Assembly: GCF_038025025.1 (NCBI RefSeq)
Contig: NW_027117340.1
Span: forward strand, 2,046,001-2,110,000
Reading direction: 5' to 3'
DNA from: Phyllosticta citribraziliensis
Lineage: Eukaryota
DNA: 64,000 bases
The notes under the pieces were generated by a model that searched no databases, was not told where the DNA came from, and saw only the letters and a program-made list of their open reading frames with translations. Position numbers and translations under genes: made by a program. This document shows, one piece after another, positions 13,944 through 25,394 of this stretch (its first letter is position 1; the number at the start of each line of letters is the position of its first letter).

Positions 13944-14184
13944 GTTCAATGTCGTTTGACGCGCCCTATATTCTTTGGGAGAGAGCGTGTCGCGTGTGAT
14001 GCTGTTGTTGTGGAGTGAGAGGCGCGGCTCTGCGGTAAGCTCAACCTCCGCCGAATGATCGACGCGGCGCCGACCTACGTCAGACAGGGTCCAGGATTGT
14101 TCTCTCTCCACGACCTCTGACGACGTGAGCGGCGGCTTCGGGTCGCCTTTTCACCTCAATTGCTCGCAGGAGGCGTCGTTCATC

Positions 14185-15135
14185 ATGAATTGGCTTCTCT
14201 GGGCCTCTTTGCCCCTCCTTGCTCTGTCTGTCTGGATGTACACGACGCAGCTCAGCAAGTCTCTGCCCACACTCAAAAACAAGAAGATATGTCTCTTGAT
14301 CGCGCATCCCGATGATGAGGCCATGTTTTTCGCGCCTACTGTACAGGCGCTTGCAAAACCTGAGATGGGCAACCACATCAAGATCCTCTGTCTCTCGAGC
14401 GGTATGACAGAGACTGTTCACAGGTACAATTGCAACTCCTGATGCTAATGATCCACCCAGGCGATGCCGACGGCCTAGGAGAAACCAGAAAGAAGGAGCT
14501 CGTGAAGAGCGGCACAACTCTTGGTCTGAGAAGCGAAGAAGATGTTCTCGTCATTGAAGACACGTACGACAAGCTTCTCGCGCCCTAAAGCCAACCACTG
14601 ACGCAGCAACAACAGCAATTTCCCCGACTCCATGTCCGTGACGTGGGACCCGCGCCTGATATCCAACCTCCTCACAAAAGCCTTCGCCCCACGCATGGCC
14701 TCGCTGCCGAACACCTCTCCCCCCGAAGCAACCATCGACGTGCTCATCACCTTCGACGCGCAAGGCGTCAGCGGCCACCCGAACCACCGTTCCCTCTACC
14801 ACGGCGCACACGCCTTCCTCAAGGCTTTGATGCACCGGCATGCCGGCTGGGAGTGCCCGGTGAAGCTGTACACTCTGACTTCGGTCAACATTCTGCGCAA
14901 GTATGCCAGTGTGCTGGACTCGCCCGCGACGGTGGGCAGCATACTCCTACAAAGGAAGCAGACAGGATCTTTCCCCTCGCCGCTGTTGTTCGCTAGCGGT
15001 CCATCAGATGTTGCTACTGCGCAGAGCGCAATGACGAAAGCACATGCTTCGCAGATGGTCTGGTTTCGCTGGGGCTGGATCACAATTGGTAGGTACATGG
15101 TTGTAAACGATTTGAGAAGGGAGAAGGAGCCGTGA
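14185..15135 (+). CDS. GPI12: N-acetylglucosaminyl-phosphatidylinositol de-N-acetylase (PIG-L)
   Basis: N-terminal TM segment, LLIAHPDDEAMFF, ITFD..GVSGHPNH and HASQMVWFR motifs; two short introns. Confidence 0.94.
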
Positions 15136-15588
15136 GATACCCAAAAACATACGGAATTGGAAATTTGACTTTGAGACAATGCTCCAATCGACCCCGCGAA
15201 ATTGGGCTGGTCTACGCTCCAATCTGGGTCAAAATTGTCCTAGGACTGTCTGCCTTGCATCTTGCCATCTGTTGTTTGCTCATCTGCACAGGTCGGCAGC
15301 GCGGCTGCATCAATATGTCCCATGATAAAGCTGCGCTTCGCTCTGCTTGCCTTGTGGAAATCTGTGTGATTCGCGAAAGAAAAGAATGCAAACAATTCAA
15401 GCCATGCCAGTCTCCACTCATTGGTCATGACGGTCGTCCTGCCCCGTCACACTCAAGCAGTTTGCTTAATGTTGAGGCATTGGATGGACATCTCACGCAT
15501 GGGAAACAGTCCCGGGACTGCTCTAGTCTTCGATATAAACGACCCGTGAGATGCATTCCCAAATCCGTCGCGTCTTGAGAACCCCATC

Positions 15589-16360
15589 ATGGACAAACCT
15601 CGCACATGCAGGCGCGACAGCATTACGACCATGGGTCAGAGTGGCGCGTATCCAAGCATGCAGCCCGATACTGGTAGCAACACCACCAGGGATATGGATA
15701 TCCTAAGTACGTATATCTGGAAAGCATTCAATGATCTTGTCGATCCTAACACCGCCTAGGATTCCTTTCTGTATAATGTTGCCTTCCAGCCCCCCACCGA
15801 AAACCGGTCTCCATAAAGCACGTCGTTCCAGAGCACGCAGCCGACCACGAGGAGCAATTATGCCCAGCGCACTCGGTAAAGCTCTTTCAGGATGACTTGG
15901 AGGCTTTCTCCTGGAGGCTTTCTCCCGCAAGGTGGTCGACATTGACGCCGTCGAATATTATCCAGCATCCGGTAGGAGTTTGAGGTCGCGCGCCAGTAAC
16001 AACGACAGCAACGTCGCAAGCGAGTCGGGTTCAGGGCCTGTGTCCCGAACCCGAACTTCCAAGGGGAAGCAACCAGCAGCAAAGGGCCCAGCTGCCAAAG
16101 GTCAAGCTGCCAAAGCTCCAGCTGTCCCAAGCAATCGTGCACAAGAGCACATCGGACGACATAAGCCAGATCATTGGATGCCATGGCCAGCGTGCATATG
16201 TTCTGGACATGGAACACGCACCCGGTGCTTCGAAAGAGGCGAGTTAATCGCCCTCCCCGGCCGCGGCGACAGCGTGTCACCGCCGCACTGCAGCTCCTCT
16301 CCATTGCAACTCCGGGTACCCTCCTACTTTGGAGTACAGCGAATCGCGGAGCGGCCTTGA
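15589..16360 (+). pseudogene. Possible decayed orphan gene
   Basis: ATG at 15589 and a canonical intron at 15707-15759 (GTACGT...CTAAC...TAG). In-frame TAA at 15774. A 14-bp tandem duplication at 15898-15925 shifts the frame; removing it restores the frame into ORF 15932-16360. Confidence 0.4.
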
Positions 16361-17190
16361 AAGATGGTGTCGCTCGAGCGAGAACAACCCGCGCGCATCA
16401 ACTACATGCGCACAAACCTCCAGGCTCATTCAGGAGCATTGCCACCTTGAATCGAATGGCAGAATCACGCTCTCCATCCTGACGAACTTTCATGAAGCAT
16501 CCAATGGACTGGCTGTATTTGGAATGCCTGTTTGCGCCTTGGGAGCAGTCACTCAACACCACCCGATGCACCCAGCGGCGATAATCCTTCAGGAACAACA
16601 ACATTGCATCCGGAGAATCGGCGTCGGGAGAATGTGGTGAGTCAGGGGTTTCTAGATTTCTTACGCGCAATCTTCGTTGACGCATAGACGAGACGGAGGC
16701 CATTCCCCTGTTTTTTTCGAGGTTTAAATGACGATACATTATTGGAAGCCAGGTTCAAGGGGAGAGGACTTTTCATGTCACATTTTGCGATTCCCGTACT
16801 CATATACTGTGTTAGACAGGGAAGGAAGTCAACAGAATGACGAGAAGAATTCCGGATGGTTTGAATGAAACTTGAAATTCCAAAACAGTATCTACATCTA
16901 TATAAATCAAATGTGGACAGTGAACTATATACAACGAAGAAAACTCTGTAGAAGGAGTGTAATGTGTCGATAATCAAACCGACACGTGCAAAACTGAAAG
17001 ATTCAATCTTCCAGATGCGCGCCGAACATCAGTGAAAGACCGCGCAACAAGAATGGAAAGATGATAATGCGAGAATGTCAAAAAGAAAAGAAAACGCAGA
17101 GAATAACGTAAAGATCCAAAACCCCAAATCTAGGCAAAGCCACGTATGGCGAGCCAACAGGAACCAAAACTTGATGCATCAACTTTTCTT

Positions 17191-20100
17191 TTAAAACGAC
17201 TCCTCCTCAGCAAGCGCCTCAATCTGCCTGCGATCCCACCTCCTGCTGACGGTAGCGTTTCCGGTGACCATCTTGAAAGCAGTCTTGTCCGTGCCAATGG
17301 CTCCAGGAGCAATAGCAGGACCGACGCCAGGCATGTCAAAGTCGGGGAAGTTGGGCCAGTTGCCGAGCTGGCCGGGGTCGCCACCCACACGGATCCAGGT
17401 GGCCTTGGAGGGGATGCCGTTGGCATCAACGATAAACATTTGGAACCACGAGGGCGGGCAGACGTAGCTGTTGGGCGGCGCCGTGACCGTGCATGTGTTG
17501 CCGCTGCACGAGACAGCGGGGATGTAGGTGCGCTGGCCCATGGAGTTGCCGTGCGTGCTGGAGACACCGCCGAGCAGCGACACCTTGATTCCGGCCGTGT
17601 TCCCGTTGGTGACGGTGAAGGTGACTTGTTGACCGTAGGTCCAGTCGATGTTGTTGATGTTAAACGCGGGGCGGGTAGAGTTCTTCGAGTTAAGGATGTA
17701 CGGCGGGTTGAAGACCTCGAGGCGGTACTCCTGGGGGTAACGCGGATCTTCGGGGTCGGAGCCGCTGACGAGGACGCGTCCGTCGTCCATGAGCACTGCT
17801 TCAGAATGGTACAAACGGCCAATGGTCGTGTTGGCCATGACGGAGATGCGCTGGTTGACCGGCTTGGACGGGTCGTACAGGAGAGCGTTCAAGTTGGGGT
17901 CGACGCCCAAGCCGAAGCCGGCAGTACCTTGGTGGGCGCCGTTGAGGATGAGGAAGGTTCCATCGGGAAGAGCAGTCATGCATCCAATGACACGCGTGCT
18001 GGGCATACGCTCAATGGTCCAGTTGGCGTTCGGGGCATCGGGAGCAATCGAGACACAGTTGTCGAGAGCCTGACCATCAGGCGAAGAACCACCACAGATG
18101 AGGATACGCAGAGGGTCGGTGTAGGGAGCGACTTGGGGCATGAGCATAGCAGTGCCCTCGAAGGGGTAGGATCTGCCACTGAGGAAGTTGTTGACGGCAC
18201 CCGGAATGTTGGGCAATTGCCTCTTGGGTTGCAGAGTGACCTGATCCAAGATTTGGGCCTCGTTGTAGTAAGAGACAAAGATGTCCCCTGAAGGAAGGTG
18301 TGCCAGGAATGGGTACAGGTTGTTGGGATCGGTGCGGTTGAGGTAATCGGCATACACCACAGGACCAACTTTGGGAAGAATTTCCAGGGTGGGAATAGGC
18401 ACTCCGTTCGAACCGCCTTCTCCTCCAACGACGAGAACAGAACCATTGGCCATGACCATGGCGGATGGGTACCAGCGTCCGTTCTGCAGGCTGAGCTCTT
18501 TGACATTCTCCTGCCAGTCGTTCTTGCCTGCGACACCCGGGGCTGCATCTGGCCACAACAAGCGAGTGCCGAAAGTCGAATCAAGAGACCAACCACCAAT
18601 GTTCAACACACGGCCCGCACGATCGGGTAGCATGACAGAGGCCGAGCAAAAGATGTCAGTCTTGACGTGCTGGGTCCTGAAAGCGGCGGTGATGTTGTTC
18701 GAGAAGTACGGGTCCAGCTCGTACGCACCAGTCGAGTTGGGTGGGCCGGTTCCTGACTTTTCCACGAAGCTAATCTTGCCGTTTCGCATAGGAGTCACAA
18801 CAAGCGGGATGACAACGCTTCCCATGTAGAATTCGTAAGAGCCAGCGGCGTTGCCCTGCGGGTAGTTGAAGACAACAAGTGGGTTGGTGCTACTCTCCCA
18901 GGTGTAGTAGGAAATCCTGTTGCCCGCTCCGCAGATTGTGGTAACATTGCCAGTGCATGGGAACGAACAATCAGACTCCGGGGCAAGTTTAGCATTGGCC
19001 TTGGAAACATCGCCCTTGGTGCCGCAGAAGCATTGGTCGCCGTATTCCATTCCACCGGCGTCGTATCCGTAAGTGGAGCACATCGTCAGACAGTTCGTAG
19101 CGGTGTTGTTCTTGGAAAGAATGAGCTGGTTCGGGAAGACTCTGACTTGGTTGACGTTGTCGATCAAACATCCCTGGTACTTCCAGGCGCCGGGAAGACT
19201 GACATTTTGCGCGGTGGGGACGCCATAAGAGGGCACGGTGGTCAGGTTGGAATAAACCGACATGCGGTTGCCGGCACCGCACTTCTCCGCAGCATTGCCA
19301 CTGCAGGTCATGGAGCAGTCGTTGTCCGAAGTCAGGGTGGCGCTGTTCTGCAACAAGTTGCTGCAGAAACACTGCGAGGAATATTGAGTACCGGCGACGC
19401 TGTATCCCTGCTTGGCACAAGTCTGGATGCAAGCCTCGTTGGAGAGCGTGTTGCTGTCAGGCTGTTGGTTGGACATGATTCGGCCGTTCTTGTTGTCAAC
19501 GTAGCAGCCCTTGTAGTTCCAACCGGAGATGGAGGCAACCGGAGCAGCGCTGGTGCTCGAGCTTGCGATGGTGCTAGTAGCCGAGGAGGCGGGCGAACCA
19601 TTGCTGTAGCGGAAGAGGTTCAAGCGGTTGGGGCCACCGCACATTTGGGTCGAGTTGCCATTGCAGGCCATGGTACATCCTTCTGTCGCAGGCGCACCTC
19701 CATTGCGGAGCTGAGAGTCACAGTAACACTCGCCTGCATATTCAACACCAGCCAAAGTGTAGCCGCCCTTCAGACAAGCTGCCTGGCATTTGTCCTGCGT
19801 CATGGCGCCGTCGACGTTCGTACCCTGAGCAAGCGTGCGGCCATTGACTCCGTCGCTATAGCATCCGAGGGAAGTCCAGCCAATGAAAACGCTAGAGGTT
19901 GCGGCGGCGGCGGAAGATGTCGTGTTGGAGACAGGAGTGACCCCAAGAGCCGTGCTGGATGCGGCCTGAACAGCAGATGAAGAGTTGGCAGCTTGGGTGG
20001 TGCTCACGATGGCCGTAGTGGCTGTGCTCAGAGCGGCAGACGTGGTGTTGGCTACTGGCGTGGCGCTGACGATGGAGGCGGAGGTTTGCGTAGTGCTTGC

Positions 20101-20916
20101 CACTGGCGTGGACGCCGCTGCGGAGGTGACAACAGCCGATGATGACGAAGACACTGCCGCACTCGACACGGAAGCAGTGGTAGAGACGATGGACGACGAA
20201 GAAACTGGACCAGTACCCTTGACGGAGAGCTTAGCGCCCCAAATGTTGGCGTTTTGATTGGCGTTGCCAGCGAAAGAGTTCTTGAGATAGCAAGGACCGT
20301 TGGGAGCAGCCCAGGAGACATCAACGCAGCCGGGAGTATTGTCGCAGTCGGTCAAGCAGCCAGTGAAGCTTCCCGGGTTGGTGTTTTTGATATCAGCCCC
20401 AGCGCGATCGGTACCGCACTCGAGAGTAAAGACGGTTCCGTTGTAAGTCGTATAAGTGGGAACAGACGCGGTAGAGCCAGAGCAACTCGGGGGAGGCTTA
20501 GCACTGCTCTTGTAGACGGACAACAAGTTTGGACCGCCGCAAGGTTCAGTGGCATTGCCAGAACAGGCCATATTGCAGTTGGAGTCGGTCACGTTGGCAG
20601 TGGCAATCGAGTTACCACACCAACATTCCTGGGAATACTCTCCACCTGCAAAGACAAAGCCTTTGGATTGACAAAAGGCGATGCAGGATTCGATCGTGTT
20701 GGTATTGCCGGCCTGGTTGATGCCAGACAAGGCCCTGGGATTGCCAGAGTCGGCATAACATCCCAGGTAGCTCCAGCCCGGAGCTGGGTTTGGAGGGATC
20801 ACCAAAGCGGCCCGCTTCTCAGTCAAGAGAGAGGCCGCTTCAGCCGACTCAAGAATCGAAGGTAAAAGAAGAAGGAGCGATTTCCATTTCAAAGAGTGTG
20901 GGGTTGGTGGTGCCAT
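17191..20916 (-). CDS. Secreted copper radical oxidase (glyoxal oxidase, CAZy AA5_1) with 4 WSC domains and a PAN/apple-like module
   Basis: Signal peptide; WSC repeats (YLGCYAD...C..FC...G.EY..ECWC); Ser/Thr/Ala linker. Catalytic residues in DIFCSA, GRWYP, RLYHS and STHGNSM. C-terminal Ig-like domain. Single 1241-aa ORF. Confidence 0.95.
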   Translation of the reverse strand: MAPPTPHSLKWKSLLLLLPSILESAEAASLLTEKRAALVIPPNPAPGWSYLGCYADSGNPRALSGINQAGNTNTIESCIAFCQSKGFVFAGGEYSQECWCGNSIATANVTDSNCNMACSGNATEPCGGPNLLSVYKSSAKPPPSCSGSTASVPTYTTYNGTVFTLECGTDRAGADIKNTNPGSFTGCLTDCDNTPGCVDVSWAAPNGPCYLKNSFAGNANQNANIWGAKLSVKGTGPVSSSSIVSTTASVSSAAVSSSSSAVVTSAAASTPVASTTQTSASIVSATPVANTTSAALSTATTAIVSTTQAANSSSAVQAASSTALGVTPVSNTTSSAAAATSSVFIGWTSLGCYSDGVNGRTLAQGTNVDGAMTQDKCQAACLKGGYTLAGVEYAGECYCDSQLRNGGAPATEGCTMACNGNSTQMCGGPNRLNLFRYSNGSPASSATSTIASSSTSAAPVASISGWNYKGCYVDNKNGRIMSNQQPDSNTLSNEACIQTCAKQGYSVAGTQYSSQCFCSNLLQNSATLTSDNDCSMTCSGNAAEKCGAGNRMSVYSNLTTVPSYGVPTAQNVSLPGAWKYQGCLIDNVNQVRVFPNQLILSKNNTATNCLTMCSTYGYDAGGMEYGDQCFCGTKGDVSKANAKLAPESDCSFPCTGNVTTICGAGNRISYYTWESSTNPLVVFNYPQGNAAGSYEFYMGSVVIPLVVTPMRNGKISFVEKSGTGPPNSTGAYELDPYFSNNITAAFRTQHVKTDIFCSASVMLPDRAGRVLNIGGWSLDSTFGTRLLWPDAAPGVAGKNDWQENVKELSLQNGRWYPSAMVMANGSVLVVGGEGGSNGVPIPTLEILPKVGPVVYADYLNRTDPNNLYPFLAHLPSGDIFVSYYNEAQILDQVTLQPKRQLPNIPGAVNNFLSGRSYPFEGTAMLMPQVAPYTDPLRILICGGSSPDGQALDNCVSIAPDAPNANWTIERMPSTRVIGCMTALPDGTFLILNGAHQGTAGFGLGVDPNLNALLYDPSKPVNQRISVMANTTIGRLYHSEAVLMDDGRVLVSGSDPEDPRYPQEYRLEVFNPPYILNSKNSTRPAFNINNIDWTYGQQVTFTVTNGNTAGIKVSLLGGVSSTHGNSMGQRTYIPAVSCSGNTCTVTAPPNSYVCPPSWFQMFIVDANGIPSKATWIRVGGDPGQLGNWPNFPDFDMPGVGPAIAPGAIGTDKTAFKMVTGNATVSRRWDRRQIEALAEEESF

Positions 20917-22916
20917 GGTGGCTAGGACGGTATTTGCAAAATACCAAGTAAAGAGTGACTGTCGAGAAAAGAGTGACGACGAAAAAACGAAGAAAGGAAT
21001 GAAACCCGCAGTCTCCTAGAGAGTGAAGAAGATGCAAGGCAGTCGATGGTGAGCAGCAATCATGGCGAATCTCGTCGTGTTTATACTTGATCGACGAGGT
21101 GTTGCCATTTTTGTCAGGGAGTCGAGACCAACCAGCTGAAGGATAGCACGTTTCCAAAACGGCTAGGTCAGGGACGAGGACCTCGTGTCCAAGGTACTCT
21201 ACTCTAGCTTGGCGAGTAAGACGGTATCTTGGACCCCGGTTTTCTTCAGACACGGGTAGAACAAGGCGTTTGTCTAGGGAGTAAGCAGACTTGTAGATTG
21301 ACAGATGGAGCAGCTGCAGCGCTCATACAGGCGCCCCATAGGGAAGATTGCCACATTGCCACATTCCAACATGTCGCGCAGTGCATTTTGGAACAGGATT
21401 AGGAGCTTCATCCGGGAGCGTGTAAGCGGTTACAGAAAATGCATAGAAAAGCTGGCAGAGCTGCCAGGTATCATGGGAATTCTTCAAGCTTCCGTTCGAA
21501 CACTTGTGGCTTCGAGTCGGGGCAGCGGTGTAGGCCAAGCCACAGAGGGCTGCAGCCAGTCGTCTGGTTTCAAAAGAGATGTGGAAGTGTTTGGGCGGGT
21601 CCGGCGTCGAGATGGTGAGTTGACGGTCAGCCCGATTTCCGTAGCGCGACGGGATAAGCGACGGTCCGTGCGCTGTGTTTACAGGAAACGCCCTTTGAAC
21701 GTGGAAGCGTGCTGAATACCACCCATGATTTTTGACGGCTTGCTTCTCGTACCTCTCTGAAAAGCTGATTCTTTGCGCCTGTCCCATTGGGCTCCTCGAC
21801 TGTCGCCACCGTGACCATTAGATCCAAGACTTGACACCAGTCTCAAGCCGTTCGTTTGCCGAGAGACCTCCAAGTCGTTCTTTTGGCTATGCTTTCGAGT
21901 CACTTGTGACTATGGGAAGGTGCGAATGTCCGGTGTGTCTCATGACTTCGTATCAGGTGTGATAGAATCTCGCGCTTGTGTTGGGCGATTTTCACTGATC
22001 TGGATGTGCTTTCCAGATTTGTGCCAGAACCACGTGGAGCTCGGCAGGACCCGTTCTATCGCAGCTTTGGAGAAGCTACTTACATGTACCTTGGTCTTCG
22101 GCTCGCTTCTCGAAACTCTCACCACCTGCCGCCAAGATTTGAGGCTCGAGGCTGGTTGCCACGAGAAGCCTTCCGCAAGCCAAGATCTCTCTGGTCCATG
22201 AGAGCTATCTGATAGGCTTTCTCGGGAGAAAGTAGGCGCGGGCGATATTGTTGGTTGTGAAGCTGGAGCTCTGAAGCCATCCTTTGGCCCATTCGTTTCA
22301 TGGCTTTCTTGTCCAAAGTCGCCAACTTGAGAGTCTACTTTGAACTCTGCGACAAATGGACGTGAGGGTTGGGAGCATTCTTCATACATTTTCAGGGCGA
22401 GTAGACGAAAAGCATCCCGACCTTGCTCAAGTTGATGGGGCAGGTTCCAAACTTTCCATGCAAAATGCCACAAAAAACATACAACCTCGAACGCGCAGAA
22501 ACTGCAGTCTCGTGTGCCAAAACTTCACTCTCTAAGCCACACTTCAAACCCACACATTGCGTGTAATCTTGCCCGTCCAATCATCTCAGCTGTCGCCCAA
22601 GTCATGTCTAGCGTACCGTCCGCCGCATCGAGAAAGGTGGACCACTCGGCCGGAACATCCCTTTCCTCGCTAGACCGCCAGACAACTTAGCGCTCCCTTT
22701 GACAACCAGGGTTGATGGACGAGCTTACAGCGACCTGGATGCTGGGTGGTGTCGCGTTCTAGGCTGCGGATTCTCGAGCCAAAGACTCGGCAGGGGTAGG
22801 GGTATGAGAGGCGCAGAGCGTAGAACCATGCGCACACATGCGGAGGAACAACAGAGCAATGAAGACGACAAGAATGAGGGTTCTGTGTAGCGATGAAACG
22901 GGAGACATGCAACTGT

Positions 22917-24479
22917 CTAGCTGCTGCCCAGGTCCTCCTTGTCCATCCGTCTGCCTTTCTTCGCAACCAAACTCCTCGCCATGGGACACACCCACACGTC
23001 TGGACCAACTTCATCATCCGTCGTCCGGTGCGTCTCAATCAACGTCTCAATCTGCCGCGCGACCGAGCCGTTTGAGCTCAATGTCGTGATGCCCGCCGAC
23101 CAGCCGTAAAGAAAGATGCTCTGGTTGATGGGTGTCAGATGCGGAACGACTTCCTCCGCCACTTTTGGCAGATGTGCCGAGGTTGAGTCAAATTCAATGA
23201 CAGCGATGGGTAGTTGCAAGTCAGACGGCACAGGATGTATTGACAAAGCCTGCAACTCCTTGCGCAACTCGGCACTCGATTTCCCTCTCGTAGCTTCACC
23301 CTCTATTAACAGCTCGGCTCTCCGAACTTCAGTCTCGGTCCCAATGGTAGCGACAATATCGCGCATCCGATCGGCCGCCTCAGATGTGCAGAGCAGCCGC
23401 CGCGAGCTAGCGATCGCTGGGTAGAGCACGTGAGGCATCAGCGGTTGCTGCTGCTCGTCGCGGATCTGTCCTTGGACGGCCAATGGATACCACGGTTGGA
23501 CCTCCACACGTGCGTGTGAAATGTCCGAGGCCAGAGCAACAAGGAGAGTGCAGTCAATGTTGAGCTCGGGAGTCAGCGCGTTCAATTCGTTGACGAGGAG
23601 ATTTTCCAGCGCAGTCTGAGTTGGTGGAGGTAACTCGAGAGAATCCTGGCACCGAAGCTGAATGTAGGGCAGTCGACGTATTTTGGACAGAATGGCTGAG
23701 ATTTCTCTTATGCTTCTGCTCGATGAGATGCGTGGCAGGATCAGCTGGATTTCCGGATGCCTGTATTTGTGGCGGTTGGAAAAGGCCGCGGAGGAGAGTT
23801 GGCGGGCGAGTTTGAGTATTGGTACCTCGTCATCTTCATCGCTATCCGACGGCCGAAAGCGGCTCAAATCTTCGTCGTCGGAATCGCTATCGCTATTGCA
23901 CCAGCCTTGACGTGCCAGTTGAAAGAGTAGTTGGCGCTCGGAAACGGCGGAGACTTTGAGCCAAGTAGCACCGTTGTCGACAACGGCATCTACAAGCACG
24001 CCGTCTTGCGTCTTTTTAACGTGCTCACGGATTTTGGAACCGGGCGATTGGGAGCGGTCTTTGGACTTGCGGAGGTTTTTTGTATTCCTCCAGAATGTCT
24101 GACGCAAGGAAACTAAGCCCTCGTGTCGTTTCACGGATGTCCATTGAGCTTCGTAGGATGCCAGGTTGGTAGAGCTCAGCTGGTGTTTGATTTTGTTGTC
24201 TGCTTGCAGGCGAGTGTGGACGTCTTCAATGTCATCATTGGTCTTTGCCTTTTCGAGTAGGCGGCCAACGAAGCGCTTTTCAGCGTTGACGTCGGATATC
24301 AATGCACGAAGCCCGCTGACGGTGGGCTTTTGCTTTTCCAGGAGTAGTGCTTCAAATGTTTCAAGCTCACGCAAAACAATGTCGCATCGAGCTCGCAGCT
24401 CTTCTGCAACCCGTGATGCTGGGACGTCGATGGCCGAGCCTGCTTCAGAAGCCTTCGCAGCTTCGATGGCACCACCCAT
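22917..24479 (-). CDS. DUF1308 / UPF0415 (C7orf25-like) protein
   Basis: 520-aa intronless ORF with VDAVVDNGATWLKV, ELNIDCTLLVALASDISH and TTLSSN motifs recalled from this family. Confidence 0.75.
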   Translation of the reverse strand: MGGAIEAAKASEAGSAIDVPASRVAEELRARCDIVLRELETFEALLLEKQKPTVSGLRALISDVNAEKRFVGRLLEKAKTNDDIEDVHTRLQADNKIKHQLSSTNLASYEAQWTSVKRHEGLVSLRQTFWRNTKNLRKSKDRSQSPGSKIREHVKKTQDGVLVDAVVDNGATWLKVSAVSERQLLFQLARQGWCNSDSDSDDEDLSRFRPSDSDEDDEVPILKLARQLSSAAFSNRHKYRHPEIQLILPRISSSRSIREISAILSKIRRLPYIQLRCQDSLELPPPTQTALENLLVNELNALTPELNIDCTLLVALASDISHARVEVQPWYPLAVQGQIRDEQQQPLMPHVLYPAIASSRRLLCTSEAADRMRDIVATIGTETEVRRAELLIEGEATRGKSSAELRKELQALSIHPVPSDLQLPIAVIEFDSTSAHLPKVAEEVVPHLTPINQSIFLYGWSAGITTLSSNGSVARQIETLIETHRTTDDEVGPDVWVCPMARSLVAKKGRRMDKEDLGSS

Positions 24480-25394
24480 GCTCTTTCTCGAACCGGCTCC
24501 GGCTGATTGGAATTGGAAAGATGATGTAGTGAAGCACAGGAGTCTGTACTTCTTTGACTGGGCCAGAGAAGATGCAGGTAACAGAAAGGTCAGCGTAAGA
24601 TGGGTGAGTCCAATGAGTCAAGAAGAGAGAGGTGGTGGAGGCCAGGACCGGCAACAACTTTGCCCTGGGGGCAGCCCACGTCGCATCCGATGTCTTATCT
24701 CCAATCCATCTTAGATCCGCGCCTCTGCCGAATAACTCCCCTACCTCGGGTGCCTCCCGTCCTCACCTCTCCCTCCTCTCACCCGGACTGAGGGTGTGCA
24801 TGAACCCGGGCGGACAACCACTCACTCCAAAGCTGCATGTGCTCTTGCAACATTACCAAAACCTTCTCAGCCAAAGCCAGATCGTCAGGAGAGACACGAC
24901 TGGACGTGTCTTTTGCCCCACGTTCCCCAGGCTTCCGGTCCCCACTGACTCGGCTCATTCTTACCGCAACTTGTTGGTCTTCTAGCTTTGTTTCATGGTC
25001 GCCAGATAGGCTTTCAAATTACTCTTGAATGCCTCTCGATATTTTTACGAAATGACCCAAACCCGCCATTGGCCTCACGATGGCGGAGAAAAGGCAGGAT
25101 CCGAGCGACTGCAGTACTGCTTTAAATTTAGCTTCGCCGGCCCATCATCCCCGTTGCCGGTGAATCGAACGTGGGCTGACTGGCCCTGGCTCCTGCCGCA
25201 CCATCCATCCATGGGACCCTGACCAGCAGCGATGAACTGGCCCGCTGGCCGCTGCCACGCGAATAGAAAACGGCATCTGATATAGTCCCGCTGCCCCGCT
25301 CTGCGCTGCTCGAAGCTCCATCATCGTGAAGAGCGAAATCCCCAATTGACGGCTACTCATTCGAAGGATCAAGACTGGGACAATTCGAATCACA

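Noticed and set aside
17146..20865. Long plus-strand ORFs (e.g. 17146-18291, 19033-19980) and similar ones opposite pub1, ams2 and dak1
   Set aside because: They are antisense shadows of GC-rich, codon-biased real genes and show no recognisable motifs.
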